Shown here: positions 43,175 to 56,319 of the stretch, one piece after another
How the letters are laid out: every line of letters starts with the position of its first letter
How positions within the stretch are numbered: the first letter of the stretch is position 1
NCBI GenBank assembly: GCA_964016885.1
Contig: OZ024754.1
Location: forward strand, 24,304,001 to 24,368,000
Reading direction: 5' to 3'
Length of the DNA stretch: 64,000 bases
DNA from: Eledone cirrhosa
Lineage: Eukaryota
Position numbers and translations under genes: made by a program
The notes under the pieces: generated by a model
What the model was told of the DNA's origin: nothing
Seen by the model: only the letters and a program-made list of their open reading frames with translations
Databases searched by the model: none

Positions 43175-43176
<2 letters not shown>
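39183..43176 (+). repeat. Right arm of 310-bp hammerhead satellite: ~12.9 units, ribozyme on plus strand
   Basis: aaaccagttcctgtacacag at 39491, 39801 ... 42901 is the reverse complement of the left-arm unit. The arm ends at ...ttattccaat and runs into (AT)n. Confidence 0.97.
39255..39297 (+). ncRNA. Minimal type I hammerhead ribozyme (one of 23 copies, repeated every 310 bp)
   Basis: Helix I gtagtc/gattac, CTGATGA 39261-67, helix II ttct-aaca-agaa with U.U at its base, GAAAC 39282-86, palindromic helix III ACGCGT, cleavage after GTA 39289-91. Helix I is extended by a perfect 16-bp pair, 39231-39246/39304-39319. Confidence 0.93.
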
Positions 43177-43222
<46 letters not shown>

Positions 43223-43435
43223 AAAGACACACACACATACACACGTGACCTTGCAGTCCAATTTTACACAATAAAGAATTCTCCCCCCTCCATTTCTTAC
43301 ACATCCACCACCATCACTATAATCCCTCACCACCAACACCATCACTACTGTTACTCCTCCACCACACCCAACCCAACCACTTCCACTTTATGCCAAAATA
43401 AATTCAGCACGTGCCCCCAAAAGCTGGTCAACTCC

Positions 43436-43484
<49 letters not shown>

Positions 43485-43732
43485 GTACCTATATTCCTAT
43501 GTGCGTAGATAATATAAAAGGTAATGGACCTTTAACTGTTGGTGGAGTGGTAGGGACGCCGTTCTGACACATGTGTATTGAGGTTATTAAAACTGACGGA
43601 CTTCATCCGTCTCCAGGTCGGAACGGAGCCGATTTCTAATACAGAGAGAGAGAGAAAGTGAAAGAAAGAAAGAAAGAAAGAAGGAGAGAGAGAGAGTGAG
43701 AGAGAGAGAAAGAGAAAGAGAGAGAGAGAAAG

Positions 43733-43802
43733 ATAATTGTTTCTACTTTTGGCACAAGGCCAGCAATTACACAGTACATTACTGGTACTTTATTTTATCG
43801 AC
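43733..43802 (-). mobile_element. SINE family A 3' fragment
   Basis: ataattgtttctacttttggcacaaggccagcaattac...tactttattttatcgac. Confidence 0.85.
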
Positions 43803-44039
43803 TGCATGCATGAGAATGAGAGAGTGAGATAGATAGATAGAGAGGGGGGGGGTAGAGTGTGCGTGTGTGTGTAAGAATATAGAGAGAACCAGAGTCTATT
43901 CCGTCCGTTCTCTATTTATTTGTTGATATTGGTCTTCATGCGCAAGCTTGGAACATTTCATTGCTAATGGAATGATCGATTTTGGTTTACTTTCAATAAC
44001 ATTGGTCAGGTCAAAAGCTACTAGAACAAGTTGCTTATT

Positions 44040-44300
44040 GGTAGAAATTCTTAAATATTCATTGTTTCATCTACAGTAAGGGAGAACTTTGCTGGATTCT
44101 CTTAGACAATAAATCGTTGACGGCATGGGGACCATTCTCATTTGAAAAAATGCAAGTTCATTTAATTCTTGCGTACTTGATGTCTTTGGCGATTTTTGAA
44201 TCAGAGCCTACGTTGGCAATAAGGTCAGGCAAATGATCCAAAATAGCAATGGGTAGGTTGCGCTCAGCAATAAATTACACGGTTTCAGCTCAATTGAGCA
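44040..44300 (-). pseudogene. hAT-superfamily transposase remnant
   Basis: FIAERNLPIAILDHLPDLIANVGSDSKIAKDIKYARIK and FSLTVDET resemble hAT motifs (FIAEHNLPF...DHL....F.DSKIA....GRTK; FSL.VDES). Confidence 0.7.
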
Positions 44301-45073
44301 GAACATTGATCAGGCTATATGAAATTTATCACCTTCACTGTCTGTTTCGCTACTTTCGTATTCTTTTGATGTTTTTCTGTCTCTCTATACCTTACTATTT
44401 GACTTAAGCTATCAGCTATCTCACAATTACACGACCTACAGTAGCCTTTACTCATATTTTAAAAATCAAAGAATTTAATCAACAGACCACCCCAAATAGT
44501 AAAACAGGCAGTATTAATTAATGCTGTTATTATTCTCACTTTTGTGTCACTGAAGACTGGGTTATTGGATTATATAATGGAATGTGACCGATAATAACAG
44601 GCAATTACTTTCCACAAGATTCTTTCTGTTAAATGCAGTTAACTTGGCAAATATTACAAGTGTGAAGTATCAATCGTTTGAATCTCGACAACCGATGAAA
44701 TATCGCTGATCTTTGAATTATTTATGTCTAATTTGATCTCTCTTCCAACCCTGTCAACTTTAATTCGTTCTTTTGAACGAGTTTCTTTTTTTTGTGTGTG
44801 TGTGTGTGGGGTGGGATTGGTTTTAACAACAACAACAACAACAGCAGCAACAACACCAATAAGAACAACATAAGGAACTCCCCTAGCTCAACCAATTACA
44901 CCTCAGTCAAATCCCCAACCGAGCTCCGCCCAAATACACCATCCCTACCTCCCATCTATACCACGCCTAGTATCACAGTATCACTATATCATTAACTTCA
45001 AGTCAAAGCAATTACCACTTTTCCTCTCCGGTGAGACAAATTATATCCCAGCAGATTTTCTTTCTTTTCTTTC

Positions 45074-45380
<307 letters not shown>

Positions 45381-46012
45381 GAGACGTATAGAGATTGTTT
45401 TAGCAAGAAGCTAACGGCATTCTATAACATATATGCGACTATAACGTCAAGATGGGAAAAGTAGTTAACGAAAGATTTAGGAAAAATAACTCAAACTCAT
45501 CTCAAAAGAGAATCAGGATACAAATTCATCCACAGAATTTAGTAAAATCCATGGAAAAATCTATAGACCTTTAACTCATGATAAAACAAAGTTTGAAACA
45601 CTTATCCTTCAATTTGGAATAACATCAAATGCTCTGTATAGTCTTAAAAGACTATTTCATGAAAACTTTCAGTGGAGACGGTCACGGTTGGAATATCATT
45701 CATCAGCAGAGCTCAACAGAAAACCAGGGCTCTCACAGTAATATAGTCCGAAAAAGGGAATTCTAAAACTGGCTAGTTCGCCTTCATGTGTATTTATGAA
45801 AAAGCACATGAGGAAAAAACGGGGCTAGTGACGTCAGGATGGAAGTGAATGTTTATTTACAAGAAATAGCAGTCAAATACATTCTGAAAAAAACTCTACA
45901 AGGAGTTCAGCAAAATAGCAATAATTATCACAGTTTTTATGAAAAAAACCGGGATTAGTCACAGATAGTTTAAGCACTCTAGGAAAAGAATCCGAGTATA
46001 AAAAAACCTCAC

Positions 46013-46062
<50 letters not shown>

Positions 46063-46122
46063 GTGAGGTTTTTTTTACAAAATGAAAAATAACCGAGGTG
46101 TCCTACACGAGTGAAAGTATAA

Positions 46123-46410
46123 AGAAAAAAAGATGAAATCGAAAATGCAACTGGAGTCTTATTTAAAAAAAAATATATATATTTATTTGGTTCCTTTACC
46201 GGTTTCGCAGTTCTTCTGCTTTACAAAAGTAGAATTGAGATGGAGGGTCTGTGGTTTTTCTCACAGATGTGAGAAAAACCACAGACCCTCCATCTCAACT
46301 CTACTTTTGAAAAGCAGAAGAACTGCGAAACCGGTAAAGGAACCAAATAAATATATATATTTTTTTAAAAATAAGACTCCAGTTGCATTTTCGATTTCAT
46401 CTTTTTTTCT
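46123..46410. mobile_element. Near-perfect 288-bp fold-back; each arm carries a U3-A8 variant hammerhead
   Basis: Arms mirror around tctcaca-ga-tgtgaga. Right arm: ctt-TTGAAAA-GCAG-aagaa-CTGC-GAAAC-CG-GTA-aag (46304-46339). Confidence 0.8.
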
Positions 46411-46436
46411 ATATATATATATATATATTTATATAT

Positions 46437-46510
<74 letters not shown>

Positions 46511-47566
46511 AAATGTTTCGACGGCTACACACACACATACACACGTGTGTGTGTTGTTAATGGCGACATCACTTTGTATTCAAATGGAGATTTAAATGAA
46601 AAGTCCACTGAACTAATTATTATACCGTGGAAAAGTCAATTTGGCCCTTCAGAAAACATAACCCACACTCATATTTACTTTTAATTTATTCCAGGATGTG
46701 AAGCTTAACATTTTGTTAAACGTCTCAAATTACTCCTGTTAAGGGGTAATTACTCCAATTTCAATACAAAATCAGGAATCAATCATTTTCCAAACAACTT
46801 AAAATTCCGTCAAATCCCGTTGTTCCAGTTGTTCAAACAATGGAAAGGCCTGCTTGTGAAATTAAAGAGAAAGTGGCTGAGCATTCCACAGAAACGTGCA
46901 CACTCAATGTAGTTCTCAGGGAGATTCTTCATGACAGAGTGTGGGACAATGTTGGCTCTTTGAATTACAGTGGAACGGAGGAGCAACGTGAAATAAAATA
47001 CGTTGCTCAAGTATACAACGCGCAAAATCAACCTTAAAAGCTCTTTCGTCACACATTCTGTGACCTCCTTAGTGACTAATTTGTTATTTTCTGTCTTTCC
47101 GTTGTTCTATCCATCTTGTTTTTGTGACGGCCCAGAATGTGTGACGAAGAGCTTTGAGAATAAACAAATAAACAACCATCCGGTTATTAACTTAACCAAA
47201 TGGAAGTTTATAATATATTGAAGAGAAAACCAACAGGTGCGTGTGTTTTTATTGGCAGCATGACCCTCCCATAGTATAATAAACGAAAGCGATGTTGGCA
47301 TCGAACGAGCCATATTCTCTTAAACTACATTTTACCAAAAACAAGTTTATGTTCTTGTGGATATTATCCAGAAACTTTATGTCACTGTTTGTTCTAATAT
47401 AAAACCTACACACACACACACACACACACGCATTCACACACATACACACACACACACACACTCACACACCCACACATATTATTTGTACACACACACACAC
47501 ACACATATATATATATGTGTATATATACATGTATGTATATATATATATAATGTATATATATATATA

Positions 47567-47667
<101 letters not shown>

Positions 47668-47805
47668 GTTATATTTGTATGAATGCGATGAAATATCAAT
47701 GATGGTTGGAAAATCACTGACGAAGGACTATTTTTATCATATGTAACCCACGTGCAACCACGCAGTATTCTTCTTTCTTCTTATGTTTTATATATATATA
47801 TATAT

Positions 47806-48916
47806 ATATTTAATACAATAACAGAGATAGTTTAAAGCTAAACTCTGACTGGTAACCATCTCACTCAACAAACATTAGGTTATATTAAACTATAAACCCA
47901 ATTTAAGTGTTTGGGGTGCTAACAATATGTATAATGTGGAAAAACCAGTTGTATTATTTTATGAGATATAATTAAAGTTAAAGTATATCTCTCTTTCCAA
48001 ACAATTGTTTCATTATAAGTTTTCTACAAGTTTGGGAGAATGTTTCCAGTTTATGTAGAAGCCTAATATATATTCATGTAAGAATATATTTAGGTGGGTA
48101 CTTATAAATCATCAGTGGAAGCCCTTTAAACATTGATATAAGAAAACAATTTCTTACCGCTGTCAAAAATCATGTCCGTAAAGTTACTCTCTCTCACCTC
48201 GAATGACCGCCAAATTTGACATTCCAGCAGTTTTTGACTGAGGAAGTATCATAGCGACACGAAGCGGTAAGGGGAGACAACCCACGAAATGAGGAAAAAA
48301 AATAATATACACGCGGGTTAATTAGTTTTTTTGAAAACATTATCAATCCAACATGTTTAAGAACTCAATTGAAAATAAAAAAAATAAATATATGCTTGTA
48401 TAAATTACACACGCATATAGATATTTTCTTAGGCTAAATCAGAAGTTGTACCCAAATAAGAACCGCTTCTCATAACCGCAGTAAATGCAGAAAGTTATGC
48501 TATAAAGGGCAAATGGGAATATAATTCTCCGGCCGAATTATTAAGAGTAAAATATAAAACACACGCGGGTTAATTAGTTATTTCTAAACCAATATTAATC
48601 CCTCGTGTAAAGAACTCAATTAATAAAAGAAAATAAATACATATATGCCCGTAATTATATACGTAGGCATATATATAAATATTTTCCTAGGCTAAAAAAC
48701 AGAGAAGTTACAACAAAAAAAACCCAACAATATTTCACAACAGTAATAAATACGGAAAGTACCTGGAAATAAACACCTCTGGCCAATCAAGAGTAAATAT
48801 TTAATACAATAACAGAGATAGTTTAAAGCTAAACTCTGACTAAAGCTAAATCTCACTCAACAAACATTAGGTTATATTAAACTATAAACCCAATTTAAGT
48901 GTTTGGGGTGCTAACA
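47806..48916. mobile_element. ~1.1-kb element bounded by ~118-bp direct repeats (pseudo-LTR-like), with an internal ~250-bp tandem duplication, inserted in (TA)n
   Basis: atatttaatacaataacagagatagtttaaagct...gtgtttggggtgctaaca at 47806-47924 and 48797-48916. acacgcgggttaattagtt at ~48308 and ~48561. Confidence 0.7.
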
Positions 48917-48930
48917 TATATATATATATA

Positions 48931-49080
48931 TATTTAGTTATTTACAGTAATGTTTGGTATTCCATTTTACGTTGTCTTGTATTTTTGTTTCAGTGGGGAA
49001 CAGAGTCGTTGGTGTTGTTATTGTTGTTGTTATTCCTCTATTGAAGTAGACACTCCTTCCGTTTGGCAAGTGACTAGAGA
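48931..49080. repeat. ~150-bp direct duplication, second copy at ~52031-52180
   Basis: tatttagttatttacagtaatgtttggtattcc...ccttccgtttggcaagtgactagaga is near-identical in both copies. Confidence 0.92.
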
Positions 49081-49562
49081 GGGGGGAGGGGGGAAAAGTG
49101 AAGCTGATCTTTAATAAAACTACCATGATTGGAGGTGCAATACATTGCCAAGTATCTACCAGCCATAAACATGGTCTTTCAGGACCGGAGGCCACAACAT
49201 TTTCAATAGAACCTTTAGTTGTTTTGTTGTTGTCTTTGATTTTCACCTTTATTCTTACTTTTGCTTCTTTTACCGGCTTTTCTTTCACCCCCCCACTCTC
49301 TTTCTCTCCCTTTCTCTGTCTCTCTCTCCCTCTCCCTTTCGCTTTTTCTTTCTCCCCCTCTCACTCATTCTATACCCCGCTTCTCACACTCTCTCGTTTC
49401 TGTTTCTTAATATGCCGGGGTTTTTAGATACTTCTCCTAATCAGTTCTGGTTTACAAGCTCTATACAGACGCTTATATTGATTGATTAAAGACATAAATC
49501 AATAAATAGAAACATAAGTTCAACTATATCTTGTACATTTCTCAGTGCAGCAACTTATGTAG

Positions 49563-49696
<134 letters not shown>

Positions 49697-49916
49697 AGCC
49701 ACGTCTGAAGTTGACTTCTTGCAACTTTATTATGTATAATGGAGGGTAACTTTATGACAGATCCATCTGGCTGCCATGAAAGGAACTATAAAGTTCTATA
49801 AAATTGTTTACAAGATTTAAGGAGCTGATAAACAGTTGTGGAAAGCAAAAGACTTTACATTGACTCAAATTTATTTCATTTTATTACACACACACACACA
49901 TATACGAGTGTGGGGA

Positions 49917-49983
<67 letters not shown>

Positions 49984-50257
49984 AACATATACACACACAC
50001 ATATATATATATATTATATATATATATATACATATGTGTGTGTTGTGTCGGGAGTGGGGCGTGCACGCGCATATCAGTGGTGACACCAGCTCTTTGGTTA
50101 ACAAACTTCTAGAGCTAGAGACTGAAAAACTATTTTATAGTTAAACATGCATCGTGGCTGCTTTACAAAAACGTTGTGACATAGGGCTGGTTTGGCTACT
50201 ATTTATTGCACATCTGACAATGAGATCAAGGGTCAGTTGTCTTGCATCAGTAAAAAT

Positions 50258-50690
50258 AATGATTTCTAAATTAGGTATAAGGTCATTTTTAGAGAGACGG
50301 GGAGGAGGGGGAGTCGATGATATCTACCCCAGTATTTGGCTGGTACATTATTTTATCCCCCCCCCCCCACACCGCCAACCAAGAATGATGAAAGACAGGA
50401 TTTGTAAGAAGCCAGAATAAATACCGCAAATCATTTGTCGGACGCTCCAACGATTCACCCAATCCACCACCCTAAGTTCTAATGGTTCTGCCAAAATAAT
50501 GGTTTCTGATTTAGGCACAAGGCCAGAAATTTTTGGAAAGGGGAATTTGGTACTTTATTTTATCAACCCCGTAAGGATGAAAGGCAAAGCTAACCTCGGC
50601 GGGATTTGAACTCCGAACGTAAAGGTTCGTCACTCTATGCCGTGAAGCATAGTATCCGACGCTCTACTGATTCTGCCAATGCACTGCCAA
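50258..50690 (-). mobile_element. Two adjacent family-A SINEs (older 50258-50473; younger 50497-50690)
   Basis: The younger copy is bounded by ctgccaaaataatg at 50488-50501 and 50684-50697. Confidence 0.85.
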
Positions 50691-51351
50691 AATAATGAGC
50701 AACAAAAAAGCAAGAGAGTTTTATTACATAAAGGTTAGCGTGTCTGTTGATCTTATTAGTTTTTCTATTCGTTTAATAATTGTTACCTTACTGATATATC
50801 AGCAGCAGCACTAACACAGCGTAGTAGAGGTTAGAAGAGTATATGGATTCGTATACAATATATTTATGTATAAGGTAGAGACGTCTGGCTGTTAATATTT
50901 AAGCGGTGATCAGCTGAAGCTATCAGAGAAGACCTGCCTATCAACCTCTTGATACAAGGCGGCGAGAGGGTGGTAATGATGCTATAATAGAAGGTTGTGA
51001 CGGCCTGTGTATCAACCTCTTGATACAATGCGATGTAGTGGGTGGATGTAGCTGGTATAGGGGGGGGGGGGGTGTTATCATAGAAGGTTGTGGCAAAATA
51101 AAGAAGAAGATAAAGATAAAAGAGAGAAAGAAAGGAAAAGAAGAAAGTGAAGTTGTAAAAAATACCGGAAAAGCCAAAGAAAGAGAAAGAAAAAATGATG
51201 AACTTAACATTCTTTCCTAATGATAGTATTTCATCGTAATTTCTAGAGTATTTATTGTCTAGTGAGTGTATATACATACATAAATATATATATATATATA
51301 CATACATACATACATACATATATATATATATACATACATACATATATATAT

Positions 51352-51438
<87 letters not shown>

Positions 51439-51625
51439 CATACATAAATATATATACACATACATACATATATATATACATACATACGTACATACATAAA
51501 TATATATATACATACATACATATATATACATACATACATGCACACATACATATATATATACATACATAAATATATATATACATATATGCATACATACATG
51601 TATATATATATATGCGTGTATATAT

Positions 51626-51685
<60 letters not shown>

Positions 51686-51951
51686 CACACACATACATAC
51701 ATACATTCACAATTAAATACATAATGCATTTATACATTCGTACAATATATATATATATATATATACATACATACATAAATACAGACATTTTTTATATATA
51801 TATATATGTATGTATATATGCTTATATTTAACTATATATATATATACGTATACAGACAAATACACACACACACATATATACACACATGTATATATATATA
51901 TACACATATACACGTATATACATATATGTATATATATATATACATATATAC

Positions 51952-51996
<45 letters not shown>

Positions 51997-52175
51997 AATG
52001 TATACACACACACAACACACACACACACATATATTTAGTTATTTACAGTAATGTTTGGTATTCCATTTTACGTTGTCTTGTATTTTTGTTTCAGTGGGGA
52101 ACAGAGTGGTTGGTGTTGTTATTGTTGTTGTTATTCCTCTATTGAAGTAGTCACTCCTTCCGTTTGGCAAGTGAC

Positions 52176-52253
<78 letters not shown>

Positions 52254-52701
52254 CAGAGAGAGAGAGAGTGACAGAGAGTCAGAGGGAGAGAAAGAAAAAA
52301 GAAAAAGAGAGGGAGAGAGAACGAGAAAGATGGAGAGAGAGAGAGAGAGAGTGAGAGAAGGGAGAGGGAGATTATGTGTGTGTACGTGTGATGGAGATAT
52401 ATAGATAGAAAGTTAGAGAGAGAGAGTCAACAAGAGAGAAAGAGAGAGAAAGAGTCAGAGAGGGGAATAGAGAAAGAGAAAGAGAAAGAGGAAGAGAGAG
52501 GGAGAGAGAAAGAGGGAGAGAGAAGGAAAGAGAGAGAGAAAGAGAGACAGAGAAAGAGAGAGAGGAAGATATAAGAAAAGAAGGCAGAAAAGGTTGAAAA
52601 AGAAAACAGAAAGAAAGACAGAAAGAAAGGAAGTGGTAAAACGAGAGAATTATCAGAATGGTCAGCTACCAATTCTGTCAGAATTTGTCACCATTATTCA
52701 T

Positions 52702-52878
52702 CGGTGAATTGGCAGTATCGGTAGAGGGTTGGACGCCATGCTTTCTAGTATAGATACGTCCCTTTACAGTCTGAGTTCAAATCCCGCCGAGGTTAACTTT
52801 GCCTTTCATCCTTACGGGGTCGATAAAATAAAGTACCAGTAATGTACTAGGTAATTGCAACAGTAGAAACAATTATTC
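52702..52878 (+). mobile_element. SINE family A
   Basis: TSD attattcat at 52693-52701 and 52872-52880; B box gagttcaaatcc. Confidence 0.9.
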
Positions 52879-52962
52879 ATATTTGAACCTAAATTTTAGT
52901 TTTTGTCAGGCAGAGTGATGGTGGAGTATGTGAAAGTTGTACCAACTAATTATGGAAGACGT

Positions 52963-53255
52963 GGAGAAACTATGGCCAAAGGGTTAAGAAGTTTGTAATC
53001 ACTAGGCCCCAGGTTCGATACCATTGCGTAATATCTTGGTCAAGTGTTGTCTGCCACAGCCTCGGGTCGAACCCATATCTTCTGAGTAAAACTGGGTAGA
53101 CGGAGACTGTTTGGTTGCCCGTCGGTAGACTGTAGCTGCAATTCAAAGGGTCAGCTTTGTCACATTCTATGTCACGCTGAATCTCCCTAAGAAATATGTT
53201 AAGGGTAGACGTGTCAGTGGAATGGTCAGTTACTCACGTTAATTTCAAGAGCAGA
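52963..53255 (+). mobile_element. tRNA-SINE with CORE-like central region joined to family-B body
   Basis: A box tggccaaagggt, B box ggttcgatacc, CORE-like cttggtcaagtgttgtct, followed by family-B sequence. Confidence 0.65.
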
Positions 53256-53297
53256 GAGAAGGAAGATTTAATACTATGCATCTATTTACATATCTTT

Positions 53298-53369
<72 letters not shown>

Positions 53370-53669
53370 CATAGACACACGTGTATATATGGGCCTTCCA
53401 GTTTCATTTCACATTATATACATGTCTGTGTATATTTTAATTATTTAAAAATTATTTTTAAGTGATGGGTCACAGGTGGTCTAGTATATTACAAAAAGTC
53501 TGTGATTGCTTGATTGCTAATCTGTAATGTAATACAGCCAAAAGGACGCATAATGGGAAAATACTTTGAAAGGAAGTTGTCCCTGAAATGGGAATACAAA
53601 TGGAATAAAACAAGTTTCGCGTAAATCGAAGCACGGGTCCCGAGATGTGGGTTTTCTGGGTACCTTCAT

Positions 53670-53718
<49 letters not shown>

Positions 53719-53723
53719 GAGAA

Positions 53724-53834
<111 letters not shown>

Positions 53835-55189
53835 TGGTTGTGAGAGTAGATTGAAAGAGAGACATAGAGAGAGGGAAAGGAGAATGGAAGAGAGAGAGAG
53901 AGAGAGCTTGTGGTGATCACAGACACCCACATACACACACAGACCCCCCCCCCCCACACACATATATATATATATGTATACAAACACACACATTTATATA
54001 TATACATATTTATATACATTGGCCTTCCAGTTTCATTTCACATTATATACTTGTCTGTTTAATTATTTAAAAATTATCATATAAGTGAATATGATTTTAA
54101 AAAAATATTTTGAAGGGAACGTGACCCAACGGGTGGTCAAGTAAAATATAAAAATAACACCTCAACCTATAATAACAAAGTACAACGATATGATTGGTGT
54201 AATGCAAGCCAACTACAGAAGAAACGACCGAACGAGCAATATTTCATTAGTTGATACGTACTGCTACTTTAGACCATGACTTTCTGAATGGCACGCCTAA
54301 TTACAAAATTGCCTTGAATCTTTTAGTAATGTGGCCCACCGTATGAACCACATCCTATATTGCCTAATGCTCGAAAAAAAGGTTGCCAATGCTTGCTTGA
54401 GACACTACCCGTGGGAAGCCAACTCAGTGCTGATGGTGGTGAGTAGGGAGGTGGCAAATAAATAAACACTTCTAGCGACACAGATTAGCAAAAAGAGCAT
54501 AGCCATTTTCAGAGAGAGAGAGAGAAAATCCTTCACTCCAGTACTGGATTGGATGAAATTCAAAGTTGATCTTGGTGGGATTTGAACTGAAAGTGCAGAG
54601 ATTGAAGGAATAACGTAAAGCATTCTGTCGACGTCCTAATGACTCAGCCAAATCACTGCCTCTACGGATTATAGGATATGAAAATTTAAAAAATGATATA
54701 CAGGTAAACAACAGCGAAGTTAATCAGTGGAAAACAGCAGAACGAACGAATCAGCATATGAAACGACGTTCACCATAGACAACTACTTCATTATAAACCA
54801 GCCAATGGAGACAATAGCCTTAGGCAATACAATGAACCCACTCTGTTGAATATAAAACTAACCTGAAGCTCGTCAGATAACACTCCTGTCTGAGGTGGTA
54901 GTGGTAGTAAAGGCCATTGTAATAGTAGTATTAGTGGTGATTAGTGGCAACGATGGAATAGGGGGTTGCGGTGTAGTAGTGGTATAAGTGATTATGGTAT
55001 TAGTGGTGGTGTGTGTAGAAGTGGTAGTAGGGGATGGTGGGTGTGTTATAGGTGATGGTGGTAATAAAGGTGATTATAGAAGTAGTAATGGTGGTGATAG
55101 TGGTAGTATAGGTCATTGTTATAGTAGTGGTGGGGTGTATGTAGAAATGTTGATAATGTTTGGGGGTGGATGTATAGATGGTGGTTGTG

Positions 55190-56150
55190 GTAGTGGTATG
55201 ACGGGGGTGAAGGTGATGGTAGTAGTGGTATGACGGGGGTGAAAGTGGTGGTAGTAGTGGTATGACGGGGGTGAAGGTTGTGGTGGTAGTAGTGGTATGA
55301 CGGGGGTGAAGGTGGTGGTAGTAGTGGTATGGCGGGGGTGTAGGTAGTGGTAGTAGTGGTATGACGGGGGTGTAGGTGGTGGTAGTAGTGGTATGACGGG
55401 GGTGAAGGTGGTGGTAGTAGTGGTATGGCGGGGGTGTAGGTAGTGGTAGTAGTGGTATGACGGGGGTGTAGGTGGTGGTAGTAGTGGTATGGCGGGGGTG
55501 TAGGTAGTGGTAGTAGTGGTATGGCGGGGGTGTAGGTAGTGGTAGTAGTGGTATGACGGGGGTGTAGGTGGTGGTAGTAGTGGTATGACAGGCGTGAAGG
55601 TGGTGGTAGTAGTGGTATGACGGGGGTGTAGGTGGTGGTAGTAGTGGTATGACGGGGGTGAAGGTGGTGGTAGTAGTGGTATGACGGGGGTGAAGGTGGT
55701 GGTAGTAGTGGTATGACGGGGTGTAGGTGGTGGTAGTAGTGGTATGGCGGGGGTGTAGGTAGTGGTAGTAGTGGTATGACGGGGGTGTAGGTGGTGGTAG
55801 TAGTGGTATGACGGGGTGTAGGTGGTGGTAGTAGTGGTATGGCGGGGGTGTAGGTGGTGGTAGTAGTGGTATGACGGGGTGTAGGTAGTGGTAGTAGTGG
55901 CATGACGGGGGTGAAGGTGGTGGTAGTAGTGGTATGACGGGGGTGTAGGTGGTGGTAGTAGTGGTATGACGGGGGTGTAGGTGGTGGTAGTAGTGGTATG
56001 ACGGGGGTGTAGGTGGTGGTAGTAGTGGTATGACGGGGGTGAAGGTGGTGGTAGTAGTGGCATGACGGGGGTGAAGGTGGTGGTAGTAGTGGCATGACGG
56101 GGGTGAAGGTGGTGGTAGTAGTGGTATGACGGAGGTGAAGGTAGTGGTAG
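55190..56150. repeat. G-rich ~32-bp minisatellite (ggtatgacgggggtgtaggtggtggtagtagt)
   Basis: Tandem units; these generate the spurious Pro/His/Thr-rich ORFs on the minus strand. Confidence 0.95.
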
Positions 56151-56319
56151 TAGTGATAGTGGATGTGGAAATGGTGGTAGTGGTGGTGGGGATGGTGTGG
56201 TATTGGTGGAAGGTGATATGTAGATGATGGTTGCGGAGATATGACAGTGGAGGTGGTTGTAGTAGTGAGAGTGGTGAGGGGTGTTGGTAGGGGATTTGGA
56301 AGTAATGGTGATGATAGGT

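Noticed and set aside
35981-43176. Array as a fold-back sequencing chimera or as a 5S/tRNA/snRNA gene cluster
   Set aside because: The arms differ in length, the junction is asymmetric, and neither the flanks nor the substitutions are mirrored. No similarity to known structural RNA genes was recognised. Read-level confirmation is still needed.
45650-45715. Minus-strand CTGATGA...GAAAG-ttttcatgaaata-GTC hammerhead
   Set aside because: No helix I pairing and a weak helix II. The CTGANGA motifs at ~9461 and ~26091 were dropped because no matching GAAA/helix arrangement was found.
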